DNA of 64,000 bases from Takakia lepidozioides (lineage: Eukaryota > Plantae > Bryophyta). The stretch covers positions 91,760,001 to 91,824,000 of the forward strand of contig CM060731.1 in the NCBI GenBank assembly GCA_030704615.1. The letters are read 5' to 3'. The notes under the pieces are model-generated. The model was not told where the DNA came from and ran no database searches. It was given only the letters and a program-made list of their open reading frames with translations. The position numbers and the translations under genes were made by a program. Below, piece after piece: positions 1 through 15,292 of the stretch. The stretch's first letter is position 1. Each line of letters opens with the position of its first letter.

Positions 1-585
1 TTGATTTGAGGGTTGTTCTTTTGTGCTGAAAGAGTAATTAACTTGGGCCCTCTATCTGAGAGCCCGTGGATAGGAGAATCCAATGTGCTTTGAGGGGTCT
101 GTCCACCGGAATTGGGAGTTCTGTTCTGGGTAGAACTTTGCAAAGAAGAGGGCCCCACAGGTTCATCAAAGGGATACCAGTCAGCACTTATGGGTGTCGA
201 CGCACCATTTGTGTTAGGACTCCTGCCGGGGCTAGAACTCTGCAGCAAGAGTGGGCAAATTAGAGCACTTCACAGACAGCCCACTTTCAGCCAAAAGAAC
301 TTGAGTTTATTAGAAAGGCAAGGAAATCCAGCTCTTCATGCTGCAGGGTCTTACAGCCTTCTCATGACTTAGAGAGTTCAACTACACAGGTCGCATACCA
401 TGCCATGGTTAGACACCAGAGGAAAATGGGTGGCAACACCTGAAAACTGGAGCTAAGACTAACAATCAGACACTCTCAACGGACAAGGATAAGAAATCAC
501 AAAAGGATGTCTGTAAACTTCAAGACTGCACAACCTGACCAATAGGCACCTGATAAGGACATCATAAAACAAGGTAGAGTAGATT

Positions 586-2222
586 TCATCCACTTACTGA
601 AAAATCTGCCCAACCAAAATCATTGATGCTCTGCGAAGAAGGGGGCCTTATGATGTCGTCCTCGAATGCATGCCAGTCGGTGCTTGAGCTTCGACCGCTA
701 CTGGTGTTCACTTTTTCCTGCTGATGCATATTATCATGTGGGAATTTATTTTCCTCATAAACTGTAAATGTTTGGTCGAGATTGTTTCCTTTTGTATCCA
801 GGAAGAATGGGGAGACACTATCAAACATGAGGCCCTGGGAGCCATGAGATGGTAGTGTACTGCCAAACCCTTCAACAGAAAACTGGGTGGGAGTGGCTGC
901 ACTACTTCCTGTTGAGAAACCCCCGAAGCCCAGAATGCCTTTGGAGATTTTTTGGGCATGGTTGCGTTCCTCCTTCAGGACGTCATCTTCCATCAGCAAC
1001 TGCAAAACTTGCTTTGCCTTTTTCTGGACAACTGATCCTCGGTCCACCCTACAAAACCAGAATCAAGGAAATCCAAAATTAAAGTGCTCTCTGGTGAAAG
1101 TGACAAGGCATAATCAAGTAATACAAGAATGTTTTTCAAAGTGCAGATAGCTTCCAAGGCCTGCAACATCCAGGGTTATGACAAGAAAAGGAAGAAGCCT
1201 ACAGGTGGTCATCAATGTAGTTGAAACGGGTAAGGTCCTCAATATTGTATCTATCGGAGCGGAACTCCATGACCATCTGCTTAGGACCATGAGTTAAGAG
1301 ATACTCCAGGAGGACTAGCGTCTTGTAGAACTGCCTCCAGTACTTCTTCCCTATCAGTGCCAATCTGCACTGCCGCACCCCCAACAAGCAAACCATAGAT
1401 AGTTGATTAGTTTTGTACGACATGTAACCAAGGTGCACTCACAACTTTTATCCCCTTAGAGCAACTGCAACCTGCTACTCAGCTTTGCTAAGTACAGCCG
1501 TATCATATGCTGAAGCCCTGAAGCGACCAACCCCTAAGTTAATCTTGGTTTATTGCTAATTTGATGAAGACCAGAAAACCCAATATGAACTTCACATCCC
1601 TGGAAAGGTCCATAGTCATGTAGCTACTTCAGATATAGGACAGGAAGCATTGCAATGAAAAAGGACTACCTTCCATGCAGGATGCGGGTATACTCCTCCA
1701 CATGAAATGAGGCCTCAGATATGGATGCCATAACTTTTGTGGCTGGGCCCCATTCATCATCATTTGTGGCCTCTTCTGTCATCCTGTTCCCCCATGGAGA
1801 AATGGAGGCCCCATCACCCTTTTCATCAGAACACCTAGCCCACACTACCCCCTATCCCTCTTTCTATCTCAGCCGAAGTATGAAAAAGAGCAACATCAAG
1901 GCATAGCCGATTGACTTAGAGCCGAAGCATGGCTATGCATCTTAATGAAGACATTGATTAAATAAATTCATCCACCCTATGTGCACTTCACCACAACAGT
2001 CATCTTCTCTAATTTACTTCTTCACCACTAATTTTTTACTGCTGGCAGAGGCAGAAATAGAGACAGAAGACAGACTTACAACTGGGCAGGAGTGACATCC
2101 GTGAAGGCAAGGCGCGCAACTTTGAGCTTGTCTTTAATGAAGAAGGAAGCCTGCTTCTTGATATTCTCCAGGTCCACGTTTCCTAGCCCCACTTTCTCCC
2201 CTAGATTCTCTAGTATGTCCAT
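586..2222 (-). CDS. ENTH-domain (epsin-like) protein, 4 exons: 2080-2222, 1670-1783, 1203-1364, 586-1048; 293 aa
   Basis: Exons total 882 nt, join in frame and have GT-AG introns. The translation has ENTH motifs KKQASFFIKDKLKVARLAFTDVTPAQLMTEEATNDDEWGP, WRQFYKTLVLLEYLLTHGP and RFNYID..VDRG..VQKKA, plus C-terminal WxxF motifs (DWHAF, GWADF). Confidence 0.92.
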
Positions 2223-4299
2223 TCTGTCAGTCTTGCTTTGTATAGTCTGTAGTTAAATGGCCCCTTGGTAATTCTCAGAGAAGATCAGTACATCTACACT
2301 TTGACAACCCTGCCCCAACCAACCTGCTATTCCGTACTCTGTACTTTCTTACTTGTCTAATTCTGCTCTTAAAAGTGCAACCCTCCTCCAGAGAAAGAGG
2401 AGTAATTTTAAAGTATCTGTGTAGCTTGAACAAAAGATACACAAGCCATCAAAGCCTGTTCTAATCTCCAGAGGCTACCAGCTTGCCCACTGAATTGTTT
2501 CTTAGTTTTCTTGGTTATCCTGGAAGTCCAGCTAAATGGCGACTCTCCACACATACTCCTGTGCATCCTGCAATAATCTCCGTTATCAGGATAACCACCT
2601 CACAACCACACAGTGCACGCAAATCAGGTACACACGAATTCACCATGAAATGGGCTAACCAAACATCATGACACCTGTCTTGAGAGAATTATAACAGAAC
2701 CATAAATCATTTACTCTGCCCCAAAACTGGGAAAGTTATGGAAGCATCACATTAATAGGCATTAAATCCTTCAATCCTTCAATCTCATAAAATGAACTAG
2801 GCCGTCCAAGTGAGGCTTCCTTAGGTTTGTTTACTAGGTCTGACCCATAATTTCACAACATGGCTCAAAGAAATCTGAAGCTGCTTCTGATCTCTCAACA
2901 ATTCATATCAATCAGACCTCACAAGGTCTGGACCTTCCCAGATTGACTGGTACCACAGCGTTAGGTTGCAGCAGGCCACAAAAAAGCTTGTGTACAATGG
3001 CATGCCTCTGTAGATGCATTTGGTTGCGGTCAATAGCTAAACCCTACAGTGTGGAACATTTGCTTTTCCATCTGCTGCAATCTCTGCAGAATGATGAATG
3101 ATGTGATGCGACTTAGCTAGAAGTCTGCCAGAATCGGCGAGGATCACTGAGGGTGGGGGTCTCGGATACATCAAATATAGCAACTGTTGACAAATTCAGG
3201 CTTACCGAAAAGCCAAAAGCAGTCAATTTAGTGCCCTGGATCTGGGCTGGGAGCATCAAAGGGCTGAAACTGATATTTTGTGAATCTAAAAGCCTGGGAA
3301 AGTTGCTCACCATTTGCATATCACTGAAACCCCGACAGAGGGAAACCTTGGCAAAAAATGTCTGACCTTTCTGTACCCCAGTGGTAACGAACGTTTGCAG
3401 AATAATTCTATTCAAGAGAGTCCAGAAATTGATTTGAATGATGGAAGATTCAACTCTTGAGACTTTCTTTCCAGTTACTCTCTCAGAGAGACGCGATATA
3501 CTATCTCAACTATTGCCACAGCCCCTCCCTTTAGCGTTTCTTACCTCTCCTTTTGCCAAAAATCTTGACTTCAACAAGCTGATGGTGGATCCTTTTTACG
3601 ACTTCCAGCACAGGCTTCCAAGTTTCCTCACCCAAGCACATCGGAACCTCCCAGCTTATGTGCCTCAGATTGTGATTATAACCTTCACATCACCAATCTG
3701 CTGAATCCTCTGATGGCTTTCGGCAACGGGACTCCTTTTCATAACTCAAAAATCACTTCACCGCCTCCCTGTTACCAGCGCCCACAACCTCCCCTCTGCC
3801 TTTTATTCAATGCGTCTTTAGGCCCCGCTCGCACCGGGCCGCTAACACATGTTTAGGCTACTACTAACTATTGCTAGCTAGAAAATTTCGGCCACACTGA
3901 CCTGCTCTAAATATTTTAGCACTAACTACTGCTATCTATCCTAAGATAATCCTTCCTAGTTTACAGCGGCAGTACCCCCCCTAGTGCTAAATCTAAACTG
4001 GCGTGCAATTTTTGGGCAGCTGCCCGCACCATTTTGCCATTTTCAGGATTTGCCATCTCCCTGCGTTCACCATCTCCTTCGCGTTTCACGCTTTGCTCTT
4101 TGCTTTTGCTCTTTGTAGTTCCTTGTCTTTGTAGTTCCACCTTCCTTCTTCAACTGTAGCTCCTTCTCTCTTTCTTTGATTTTTTCTTTTCTCTGCTTTG
4201 TACATAGTTCCTTCTCTTTGTAATTTCTTCTTCATTCTTTAACTGTAGCTCGTAGCTCGTTGCTCCTTCTCTCTTGTTTTGCTTTTCGTTGCACTCCAC

Positions 4300-7200
4300 C
4301 ATCATGTCCACGACAATGGCAATATCAGATAGGTCAGATAATGTAGGAGATGCTGTGGAATTACACAGGGAAGTTCCTTCTGTGGGCTTAAGTTTCTCTC
4401 ACACCCACTAAGGAGAGGGGTCTGTGCAGATTTATTTTCTTTGTTGTGCTACATTCGGCATCAAATCATTTACCGTTCCAGAGATCTGTGTGGATTTATC
4501 AGAATCAGCTACTATTGCGAGCCTTAAGTCAAGCTTGCCTCAGGTTCCTTCTTGATCACGTCAATTTTTCTCAGAAAATATACCATTTAGGAATATTATG
4601 AAATGTGACATTTCCTACTCAAGAGGCTTTGGAAAGCAGTGGCTGCGCAACGCGCAAGGCTGCAGTTGACATATTGGGGGACCGGCCTTGACTACCTTTA
4701 AAGCTCAGTGTAGTTCTGCACTGGAGCATTGCCGCTTTGACAAAGTACAGCACCTTCTTTCCTGCATTGATTAGGTTATCATATGGTGACCTTACCTCAT
4801 CAATCAAGAATTTGAGTTATTTTGGGGAAGTCACGTTGGCTGTAATGCACAGAGCTTATATTGGTGGTAATACAGTGGCGAGACTTGTTAGGCATGGTGC
4901 AATCTAGAGGCCTTCTGTTTGTCTGTCTGGTCTGTTTGTCTAGGCTTTGTGTATTCTGGTTGAGTGCAGATTTACCACCTCATCAAATTCTGGAAATGCC
5001 TGCATTGTCCCTAACTATGTTGGGGCTGACTGCAGCATTGTCGTGGCTGCAATATGAGGTGGGTGAAGGAGCTGGTTTGCCAGCAGTAGAGGCACCGAAA
5101 TTGGGGACTCTGACTGCGAGAAGGAGCTTGAAAGTGTAAGCCGGAGCTTACTGGTGTCCACATTTGCAAATTGTGTTCCGTCATTGGCTCTACGATTTTC
5201 AATTATTAAAGCAAAAGACCATACACACAAATGACAAAATGCAATGCACCAGTACTTGATAGCTGGACTGAGGTTGATGCAAGGAATGTTTGTGGTTTTT
5301 TGGTTGACGTGCAGTGGGAAGTGGATGAGTGATGCCCTTCGGAGATCTCTGCTCCCACCACAGCTTCCGGCCTACAATACAAAGACATTGCGGTTGGTAG
5401 TGGACCAACCCCTCCTGTTGGTTTTCAGTTGGGCAGTATGAGGCATACATTTACTCTCTTTTTTTTTTTGCTAAGTTTCCCGCTCAAACTGGGCGCGGGG
5501 TCAATGGCCACAAGGCTACGGCTAACAACGTCTTATGAGTACAATCTTTTTTGCTAAGTGCACTGATCCCAGTGAAACGCATGTTGCTAGATGTACACTG
5601 TATTTCAGATAGCAGTGTACATAATCTTTAGCAGGAATAGTGGTTAATTTTAAGGTATTGAATGGCACTGATAGTGCTGTCTCCGGGTTGGGTTCACTGC
5701 TTGATTACAGGTTGCAGCCAACTATGTAGCCATGGTACCTTCTGGCAAGGTATTTGACAGGTAAGTTGTCACTTTGTCATCTCTCTGCCTGACCCACTTC
5801 TTCAGTTTTGATTTTCCAACGGAAGCAAGATAAATGTAGCAGGTGGTCATTGTGCCGCCAAACAGGGCAAGATTTTGAAAGGACTGCATGTTGGGCTACA
5901 AAGTTTGTCATGAACAAAGGCAAGTTTTGGGGTGTGAGCCATTATTGCAAATAAATATTGACTGTGCTTTAGCATTTGCTAGTTGCAATCCAGGAAGTGT
6001 TGTTGCCTTCCTGCCTGAGTACAACTCTGAGTAGATGAACCTGTGGTATGGAGACAGAGAGAGATGGAAACCTATGGTTTTGTCGTGGGTGTCTCAAATG
6101 GCCTTGTCAGATTTTTGAGACCCCCATTTTGAACCTTGCAGCCATTACCTGCCATAATAGGCGAGAGTGGCAAGGTGCGGGACTCCCATAGAAAAAAAGA
6201 GCACCCATGATTCAGATTACCAGAGTCATCAAGAGTCGTAGATCGATGTGACAACACACAAGTCAATCTGAACTGGGAGTGCCAACAGCTATCTCATTCA
6301 TAGCTTCAATCATAACTGATACCTCCTGAGGTGGTTGTATTTCACAAAACTTGTGACACCCTAGTACTGAATCTTCACTGCCACCTCAGACATTTTTCCT
6401 CATGTGAAAGCGTGGGTGTCACAAAGTTTTATCTTGCAACACGATCTGTGTGGCACTCATTTGCAGAGAACGTGCCTTACATTTTCCGAGTGGGGGCAGG
6501 TCAGGTGTGTTACTATCTATCCCGTTACTCTGCTGCATATGGTCTAGGGTGTACTGTAGACAGTACCAAGTGAGGAGCAGCTTTGTGGGATGGGTCCTCG
6601 TATGTCTCTATTGTTACGTCAGCATTTCTGCTGGAAATGTGGTATTGGTTCCTTATGAAGGGTGCTTTCAATTTTTAAGGATGCAAGTGCTTGGAGGAGT
6701 AGCAGTGCAGCAAATGTGTCGTGCTACAAATATGTCAACATTGATTCCCTCACAACTTCTGCACACTTAGGGGAACGTGGGAAAGTGGAAGAAGAAAGAA
6801 GGTGATACGGGATGAAACCCCTTTCCAGCTGCTATTTCATATACAGCTCAGAAGCACGGAACGGTTCCAGCAGTGTACATCAAAGACATTAGAGAGTTCT
6901 TCCTGAAGCACAGGTTGAAGCATTCTTGTCCAATCCCAACAGTCGACCCGGAAAGATTCGTATCATAAACTCTGACCACGGCCCTTTCTTCTCAGCACCA
7001 GAAAAACTTCACAAACATCTACTGGAGATTGCACACACCTACTCTAAGTAAAAATTAGGTCCAGGGAGTTGTTCAGTGTCATCTTTCCCTGTACTTCTCC
7101 AATCTCTGTGCCAAGGTCTTCAGTGTGTGCTGTAAATGGACCTGGGCTCAGGATGCTCTGCTGACTATGAAGCCTGCAGAGCCTATTTCCGTTCTTTGAG

Positions 7201-8300
7201 GACACATATGCTACCACATGGATACTCCAGCGCGTTTCCAGTCAAGCTACCCAGGATAGGAACTGCATGACCCCAGAAGTCCAGGATTTCTACATTTCAA
7301 TGGACCCTTTCCAATCGTGCCCTCTCAATGTGCACTCAACCACAGCTTGAAGCATGGTCAGCATTAGGGTGAACTATGCATCCGATGAGACCAAGGGATA
7401 TGAGTTGGGTGCCACAGCCGGTGACAAGTCAAGCTACCACGGGTGAGTGCATTTTGTTGATATAGAATAGAGAGAGCAAGATGTTGAATCCTGAAACAGG
7501 AGGAGCTGAGGCATGCAAGTGTTTGGTTGAATGAGAGAGGAAGGGATCATGTGGACTATTATCGTCACTAGAGAAAACCCAACAAAGTGCAGTGGTGCTT
7601 AAACTGTGGGAATATATATGAAGGAGAGAGAGGCACCCACAACATGCAAAATACATATGAAACACTCTTAAAGGTGACACCGACTGTCTGTGAGGTTATC
7701 CTTCAAGAAACCATAGCTATCTTTACTCCTACAATTAGTTCCAGAGGACAATTGCTATCGAGAGCTGTAAAACTTGAACGTATGGATACATAATATTGAC
7801 CAGAAATGACGTCAGAAATTCTCAGCTCCCTTCCCCTAGTCGTTTTCTTGCTCAATGCTCAGTTACTTGGAAGTACAGTGGGGCCTGGAGCCATTTTCAC
7901 AATTAACACCCTTGCTTTTTAAGGAAATTACATTCCAGCCCAAGGGCTGATGGTTCAATGGCTGACGGATGCGATTGCAGATGAATGCAAATGAAACCAA
8001 AATAGAACAAACACACACAGGCTTCTCACAAGAGGCACTGCCAATGCAGTGTGAGGGCACCGTTGACACACTTGGGCACCCGCAGTTGAAGCTGACAGTA
8101 GCCTTGAGCTTCTCCTCAGCGGCAACACCAACACCATAGAACGTCTACCTCCTTCACTTTCTTCTCTACAAACCCAAGGAAGGGCACACATATACCCCTA
8201 TCTCCCGCCATCCTCAGAAGCAAGCAACGAATGGGGCAACGTTGCGTGGTTGGGGACTGCATGGCGCATCAATGAACTGCGAATTCCTTGAACAGGAATC
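4300..8300 (+). pseudogene. possible highly degenerate DNA-transposon transposase remnant
   Basis: Only scattered motifs (KDHTHK near 5215; ES.HCHLRHF near 6370) in broken frames. Boundaries unknown. Confidence 0.2.
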
Positions 8301-8883
8301 ATAATTCCAGGTCAGGTGAGGGGAGGCGGGGAAGTACTAGTTTTGCTGTCAATTACTCCTGCGAAAGTGAGCCTCATAGCCTACAATGGGTTCCTCTCAA
8401 TCCTATATGTCATACATTCCCTTGAGATCTCTAGAGAGAAAAAAAAAAAAAAAACTTGCAGATTTTGTTGTATCCATGTTTTTTCCACAGTGAACATAGA
8501 CATATAACCATTTACACATCCCAGGGGTGGTGGTGGGGGCTGGTCTACCAGGACTCGCTGGTCAAAGGCTACAGTAGGTGTCGTGCAATCATATCTACCA
8601 TACATTCCATTGGGGTTTCTTGATAAAAAAAAAAATGAAGTTTGCAGCATTTGTGGTACCCATCTGAGTGAATTGGGTTCTGGAATTCAGATAACCACTT
8701 ACACATTCAGCCAGTGCCATGGGGGGCTGTTCTAAGTAGGGGAGAGCCCATGAATTAAGCTTCTTGTATGACAAAACAACTGAGTTAACACCTAATGGTG
8801 TTCTCTCTAATGTACATATCCCCAATGACCTCTTTTGGGGAAAAATGCAAACATGATAAGTAGGGACCAAGCTTAAAGCACTC

Positions 8884-11520
8884 CACTAGTATTCAATGGT
8901 CCATAAACATGTGCTTGGCCAATAAAAGAACCACAAAATCACTGGGGCAAGTATGTAATGTAAACTGGAAAGCACATGCACTTCGAATTTCATTCTGTCA
9001 ACAATATACCCAGAAGGAGAATTGATGTGTAAATCTGCATGCCATTCAAAAGTCTATAGTGACAGAAATGCCACGTCACGTTTGTGACAAACACGCCATG
9101 TAAATTAGACACATCCAACACCCTGCAAAAAGAACCCCCCCCCCAAGTGGCAGTCTTACGAAGCCCACATTATAATTGAAGGAACCGAGATTACATATAA
9201 AATTTTGCCCAATAGGACCCTTCATATATTTGAGGTATCTTCATCGCAACTGTCCTCTGTGGGACATGGATGTGCTTCCTCAGATCACATGTCTCTGTAA
9301 AGTGAAGCAACCTCTTCAGGTGTCACTTGGATGGTCTGGCCCACCTTGTCACCAGCAACATTGGTCTCTTCAATCTGATTGGGGGCTAAGAGGCCTGATA
9401 CACTTGCAATATCATCATTGCAAATGCTGACATCACAAACAGCCCTGCGTGACCTGGGGCTTTTTTCCAGCACCACATTCCATCTCGGTTCATTCACACA
9501 CTCAGAGAAAAAAACTTGCTCGACCTGTGATGGGAGCACAAAAGGCTGTTCAAGTGGAGGCAACAAGTGGGAGAAATTCACCAACGTGAAGCCATAGTCA
9601 TCCTACTTCACTGACATAGGCTAAGAACCCACATGTCGTGCACGTACCCATGAACTCAATAGCACCGTGGTGTGTGTGGAGCCATAATCCAATTCTAAAA
9701 TCTCCTTTATGACACCCACATAACGTACGCTTTCCACCACCTGCTCACCTGAAATGCCAGTACATTCATGTTGGAAAACAGTAGACACCCCCGAGTCATA
9801 TGTCACAAAAGGACTGTTCAATCCATATGAAGTAACCCTGAAATGGTTTCCATAAGCCGACATGCTCTTGTATGATGTTGTGAGGAATGATGGGGGTTTG
9901 GACATGTCCAACAATTCCTTGTAGACTGAATCAGATGCATGGTTGGCAACACTCGACACATGCACGCGGACTGCCGTTACTAGCCATTCTGCAAAGTGAG
10001 GGAGAGCGTGGATCATGTTCGGGTAAGTAGCATTTTCAGTCTCCACCCGGGATTTCTCCACCTCATATGACCTGCCAACACACGCACCACCACATCAATT
10101 TCTCTACTGCAACCCCTGCAGCCAATGGAAGAACAACTGCACCCACACCTATACAAAGCATACCCATGCATAGCAGGTGCCAGAAGTTGTGACATCCACG
10201 GGGGGTGGCCACTTACTCCAACATAATGCTCAAACTTGGATGGTTGTGAATGACGTAGTCATGGACAAGCTGCAACAATTCGACAGTCAACCTCCGTGGT
10301 CGACCAACTCCTTCCAACACCCAGCCGGACACTGATTCCTCCTCTCCTGCAGGCATCCCACACTCTCCGCCTAGTAGCATCAACAGAAGACAAGTACTCT
10401 ATACAAAATTTGAAGAACCCCCATGTACCACCCATTTGAGACAGATTGCAGTCCTATACAAATCAGATTCCTTTATGAGCACTATATACTTTCATGTCTA
10501 AAGTGGCTGTGATGCATGACAGTCCCTCCTCAGTGGTTCAAACAACTCCTTTAGTGTATTATTAGCCTCTCAAGTGATGTCAACAACTTCCTGAGCATCA
10601 TGGATACTACCTTTTACCACTCCACGAGTTATTAATGTGAAGTCCAAATTACATGCAGTACTGCTACTTTACTACTCGGAAAGTAAGAAGTAACCACTAC
10701 AGAGGCACTACCTTTTCCATTTACAAAGAACATTGAACTCAAACAAGTACAAGTGCAGGGGGTACCTTCCAGTATGGTAAATCTCATAGGCAGCTGCGCC
10801 TTTTGATACCATGAATCTTGGCTGAATGAACTTCAGCATTAGGAAAAGCACGGGGGTCAAGGTCATAACCTTCAGCCTCAACACCAGCGGCCTCTTGTTC
10901 AACCGGTGTGAACGGATGTGGCTTCGCACGCAGATGCCGGCCATAAGGCCGATGATGAAGGACAAGCATTAAGGATATGGTGCCTCACCAGACTGCTCCA
11001 TGGAGCATCTAGGTTACAAAACAACCGAGGTACCCATTTAGCCAGGAGCGCGCAAATTTGAGTGTTAGGATCAATAAATATTCCTACTTCGAAAGAGGGA
11101 GAGAAATTACAAGACCATGACATAAACTAAACTAATGTTGCATGTACAATGTGGGAAGAGATCTACGAGTAGAAATTAAAGTAGGCACCCGAGGGAATGT
11201 GTACACTTTTGTGCAGCGAAAGTCGAGTTCTAGATCTAGGTCTACCTCCAGGTCTAGGTCTAGGTCCCAAGTCTGCAAGCTAGGGGCCCCCCTCTCCCCA
11301 TCTCAGTCTCAGAATCTGCGATCTCTTAGGGGTCGCAGACCTGCTTAAACCGTTGCAGATTGATCTGCGACGGCCCACAGTCGCCCCTACAACCTTCTGG
11401 AGTCGCAATGGCTGCTAGCAAAAATATTTTGGAGCTGGGTTTGCGACGGACAACCGTCGCTGACCCAAATCCAAATAACTGGCTTGGCGACGTGCGACGG
11501 TTGTTTGTCACAGACCATTT
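8884..11520 (-). mobile_element. CACTA/EnSpm transposon remnant
   Basis: ORFs 9285-9584 and 9621-10061 have DUF4216/DUF4218-type TnpD C-terminal motifs (YKSMSAYGNHFRV, YDSGV, YVGVIKEILELDYG, PFVLPSQVEQVFF, WNVVL). CACTA at 8884; inverted subterminal GTGACAAAC-type motifs at ~9083 and ~11505. Confidence 0.75.
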
Positions 11521-11620
11521 CATTTTTTATTTTTTATTTTTTATTTTTCAATGGCTCATAGCTTGCAAGTACTCAGCCCGCTCAGGACAATCAATCATGA
11601 CCTACACCTAGTGTATCATG

Positions 11621-11690
11621 GAGGTTTACTATTTCATGAGCAGAAACCATGAGCCATGAGCCATGAGCCGCATGAGCGGTGAGCCGAAGT
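11621..11690 (+). repeat. left TIR with tandem CATGAGC heptamers
   Basis: catgagc repeats; nearly identical to 28284-28365. Confidence 0.88.
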
Positions 11691-12519
11691 CTAAGATACG
11701 CGGTTTTCATGAGCGGACTTCTCCAAATTTGGAAATGCGGCAGATTAAAAAAGTATTAAAATAATAGTTTTTAATTTGACATTGCTGTTTTTGGAAGTTC
11801 CAGATCCTATAATGCGGCAAAGATATGTCGTGAGTAACAATTCCGCTCATGGTTTTGTAAATCTGCTCATGGAAAAAACTGACCGTGCAATGAGAAATCC
11901 AGTATACCACAGCAAAAGGACGTTGCATACTGGCGTGTATAGAGTATTCCGCGGTTTTATATGCCCTAACATTGGAATGAAGCTGACCCTTCTGTCACGA
12001 TTGTATGATCCCCATGCAACAACACAGTCTGCAGTGCTTGAAAATTCTTGCTTCTTCCTGCATTCTGCGGGAAAGGTTTGCCACTCCACTAGGAAATGCG
12101 GTGCCGCATTACGGTTCGCACGTGCGAGAATTCTGAGGGGTTCAGTGTTCTCGACGGTCGGCGCCCTGAAGACTCGGTGCAATTATCTTACTATGACCAA
12201 GGCTGCAACTACCAGTACCTACTACGTTACTTGGAACTGCGGCGCCGCATTTTCTTGCCGGGGGTCGAATGAGATAAGCAAAGTTTGGGAGAGCAGAAAA
12301 ACAAGAACCCCCAAAAAAAATAAAAATCCAGGCACGTGGAAACAGAAGGTAATGACATAGTATTATCTTAGTTTGACCAAAATAGGTTACTGGTAGACAA
12401 GACATAAGTCAAACTTTTCTGTAGCCAAAGTTAGAGGTACTTGCAGTAGTACAGTTCTACTATAACTGAAACTCCGAAAAGGATGGGCGTAACATTGTCT
12501 TGTGCCCCGCAAGCCAAGC

Positions 12520-13270
12520 TCACTGGTCCCCTGGATCCATATTCAGAAGAGTGTACATCTCGTCGGGGCTCAACGCTAGTGCATGTATGAAGTGATGAGT
12601 TGTGGAATTACACCAGAGGCTCTTTAGGTACACGTAGTACAGATGCTTGCAAGGGCAGTATGATGCCCCCTTCTTCGCCATGATCTGGAAGTCGGTGCAA
12701 TTGTAGGTGGGTAATTCTGAAATGGTGATGGTGTACACCTCATTGCGGACAACTGAGCCTGCCGTGGCCATCTGATACACACGCCCGAAGCCTGGTGGGG
12801 GCATTTATGTTGAGCTCTGGATTGTATAGTTCATCCCAAGTGCATTCCCCATCCTTGTCTCGTTCACTTTTGAGGGAGGTCGCCGTCTCTTCGGTTTTCC
12901 CCAACGGTGTGTAGGATGCTTAGAGTTGTCACATACATTTGTTCTTGCTCTCATAGGGGTCGGTGGTGGAGGCTGTGGAACCGGAAATGGTTGTCTGGGG
13001 ACGTCAGTGCGCTGCACCATCCAAAATCCTGCTGCAGTAAGGGCGTCGGCCTCAACCTACTCATATTGTATCCCGGTTCCACCAGCCACACCGGGGGAGC
13101 CTCTGGCACTGCTTGTATGCCGTACTTGGGCTTTCCATAGACACAAGTCATAATGTCATGCCTACAGAACCAGAACTGGGTCGTCGTCGCCTCCGCAAAC
13201 TTTGCATGGACAAATCTTCCCGTGAAAGTAGGAGCAGGGACAACCCCAACTGGGTTCCTTCTTATCATCT
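12520..13270 (-). pseudogene. C-terminal part of the MULE transposase with SWIM zinc finger (copy 1)
   Basis: PTYNCTDFQIMAKKGASYCPCKHLYYVY (SWIM-like, ending CxH); homologous to 36116-36860; DDE core absent. Confidence 0.85.
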
Positions 13271-13541
13271 ATCCACAATGTTGTCGTGTATCACTCGAAT
13301 TGCAGAACACTTGCTGCATATGGGGTGCCGCAGACTGACACCGAATTTGATCCATTGAGGAGCGAGTATGGGTGGATGTCAAGGGGACGGAACTCCGATG
13401 ATGCATTTTCGTCCAGGCTGCCATCAACATGTACCCCTTCAGTGGATTTTGGGGAAGTGAGGTGGGCGGACTGCCATTCGAGCTTGCGGTGGGGACGGTC
13501 GTCCCCACTACCACTTACCGGTGCCTTCATGACAATGGGAC

Positions 13542-15245
13542 AGAAATGCCGCACCGCATATCCGTTCGGACAGCCATACACCCTTGCCTTCATGACAGAG
13601 GGGACAGAAATGCGGTGCCGCATTTCCGTCCGGACTGCCATTAGACCTTGCCTTCATGACAATGGGGACGGATATGCAGTGCCGCATTTCAGTCCCCACT
13701 ACCAGTTACCTTTGCCTCCATAATAGTAGGACGGAAATGTGGCACAACATTTCCGTCCCACCTACTATACACCCTTGCCTTCATGACAGTGGGGACGGAA
13801 AATCGGTTTCGCATTTCTGTCCAGACTGCCCTGAGACCCTTCCTTCATGACATTGGGGACGGAAATGCGGTGCTGCATTTCCGTCCGGACTGCCATTGGA
13901 CCTTGCCTTCATGACAGTGGGGACGGATGGAAATGCGGTGTCGCTTCCGTCCTGACTGCCATTGGACCTTGCCATCATTACAGTGGGGACGGACGGTAAT
14001 GCTACATTTCTGTCCGGACTGCCATTGGACCTTGCCTTCACTACAGTGGGGACGGAAACGCAGTGCCGCTTTTCCGTCCGGACTGCCGGAAGACCTTGCA
14101 TTCATAAAATGGGGACGCAAATGCGGTGCTACATTTCGGCCGTCCCCAGTACCAGTTACCCTTGCCTCCATAACAATGGGACGGAAATGCGGTGCCGCAT
14201 TTCAGTCGCCACTACCAGTTATCTTTGCCTCCATGACAGTGTTCCGTCCCACCTGCCATACACCCATTGCCTTCTGGAAATGCGGCGCCGCATTTCTATC
14301 CAACGACGATGACTATAGAGAAAAAAAAATTAGGGTTCTGGTTTTTCTTACCCGCCACCCCCTGTGGTCGGAAATGCGGCACCGCATTTCCATCCGACGG
14401 GTAGAGCTAGAAAAAACAAGGAATTTTTTTTTTTTTGGATTTTTTTTTCTCTACCCCCTATAGGCCGAAATGCGGCGCCGCATTTCAATCCAGCGGCGAT
14501 GAGAAGAGAAAAGAAATTTTTTTACGGTTATTTTTTCCCCCCCCTCTACCCCCTGTTGTTGGAAATGCGACATCGCATTTCGATCATGCGGGGATGACTA
14601 GAGAGGGCAAAAAAAAAACAAAAAAACAAACTTCATTTATTTATTTATTTTTTGCCTTTCACCCCTATGGACGCAAATGCGGCGCCGCATTTCAATCCAG
14701 CGGCGATGACAAGAGGAAAAAAAAGGTTAGGGTTATTGTTTTTCCTCTCTATTCCCCCTGTTGTTGGAAATGCGGCGCCGCATTCCATCCAGCGGGGATG
14801 ACTAGAGAACAACCAAGAAAAAAAAAAAAAAACCCACAATTTTTATTTTATTTTATTTTTTTTCCCCCCACTGCCCCCCCCACCGTATGGACGGAAATGC
14901 GGCGCCGCATTTCAATCTAGCGGCAATGACAAGAGGAAGAAAAACGGTTAGGGTTATTTTTTTCCCCCTTCTACCCCTTGTTGTTGGAAATGCGGCACCG
15001 CATTTCCATCCAGCGGGGATGACTAAAAAAGCGGCGGGGGGGGGGGGGGGATGATTTTTATTTGTCCCCACCCGTATGGACGGAAATGCGGCACCGCATT
15101 TCAATCCAGCGACGATGACAAGAGGAAAAAAAATGGTTAGGATTATTTTTTTTCCCCCTTCTATCCCCTGTTGTTGGAAATGTGGCGCCGCATTTCCATC
15201 CAGCGGGGATGACTAAGGGCAGGTGGGGGGGGGGGGGGGGGGGGG

Positions 15246-15292
<47 letters not shown>

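Noticed and set aside
3113-3780. LINE ORF1-like or other coding remnant upstream of the ENTH gene
   Set aside because: No diagnostic motif recognised.
11609-11613. TAGTG as the right CACTA terminus pairing with 8884
   Set aside because: The 3-bp flanks (CTC versus TAT) do not match, and it overlaps the MULE TSD.
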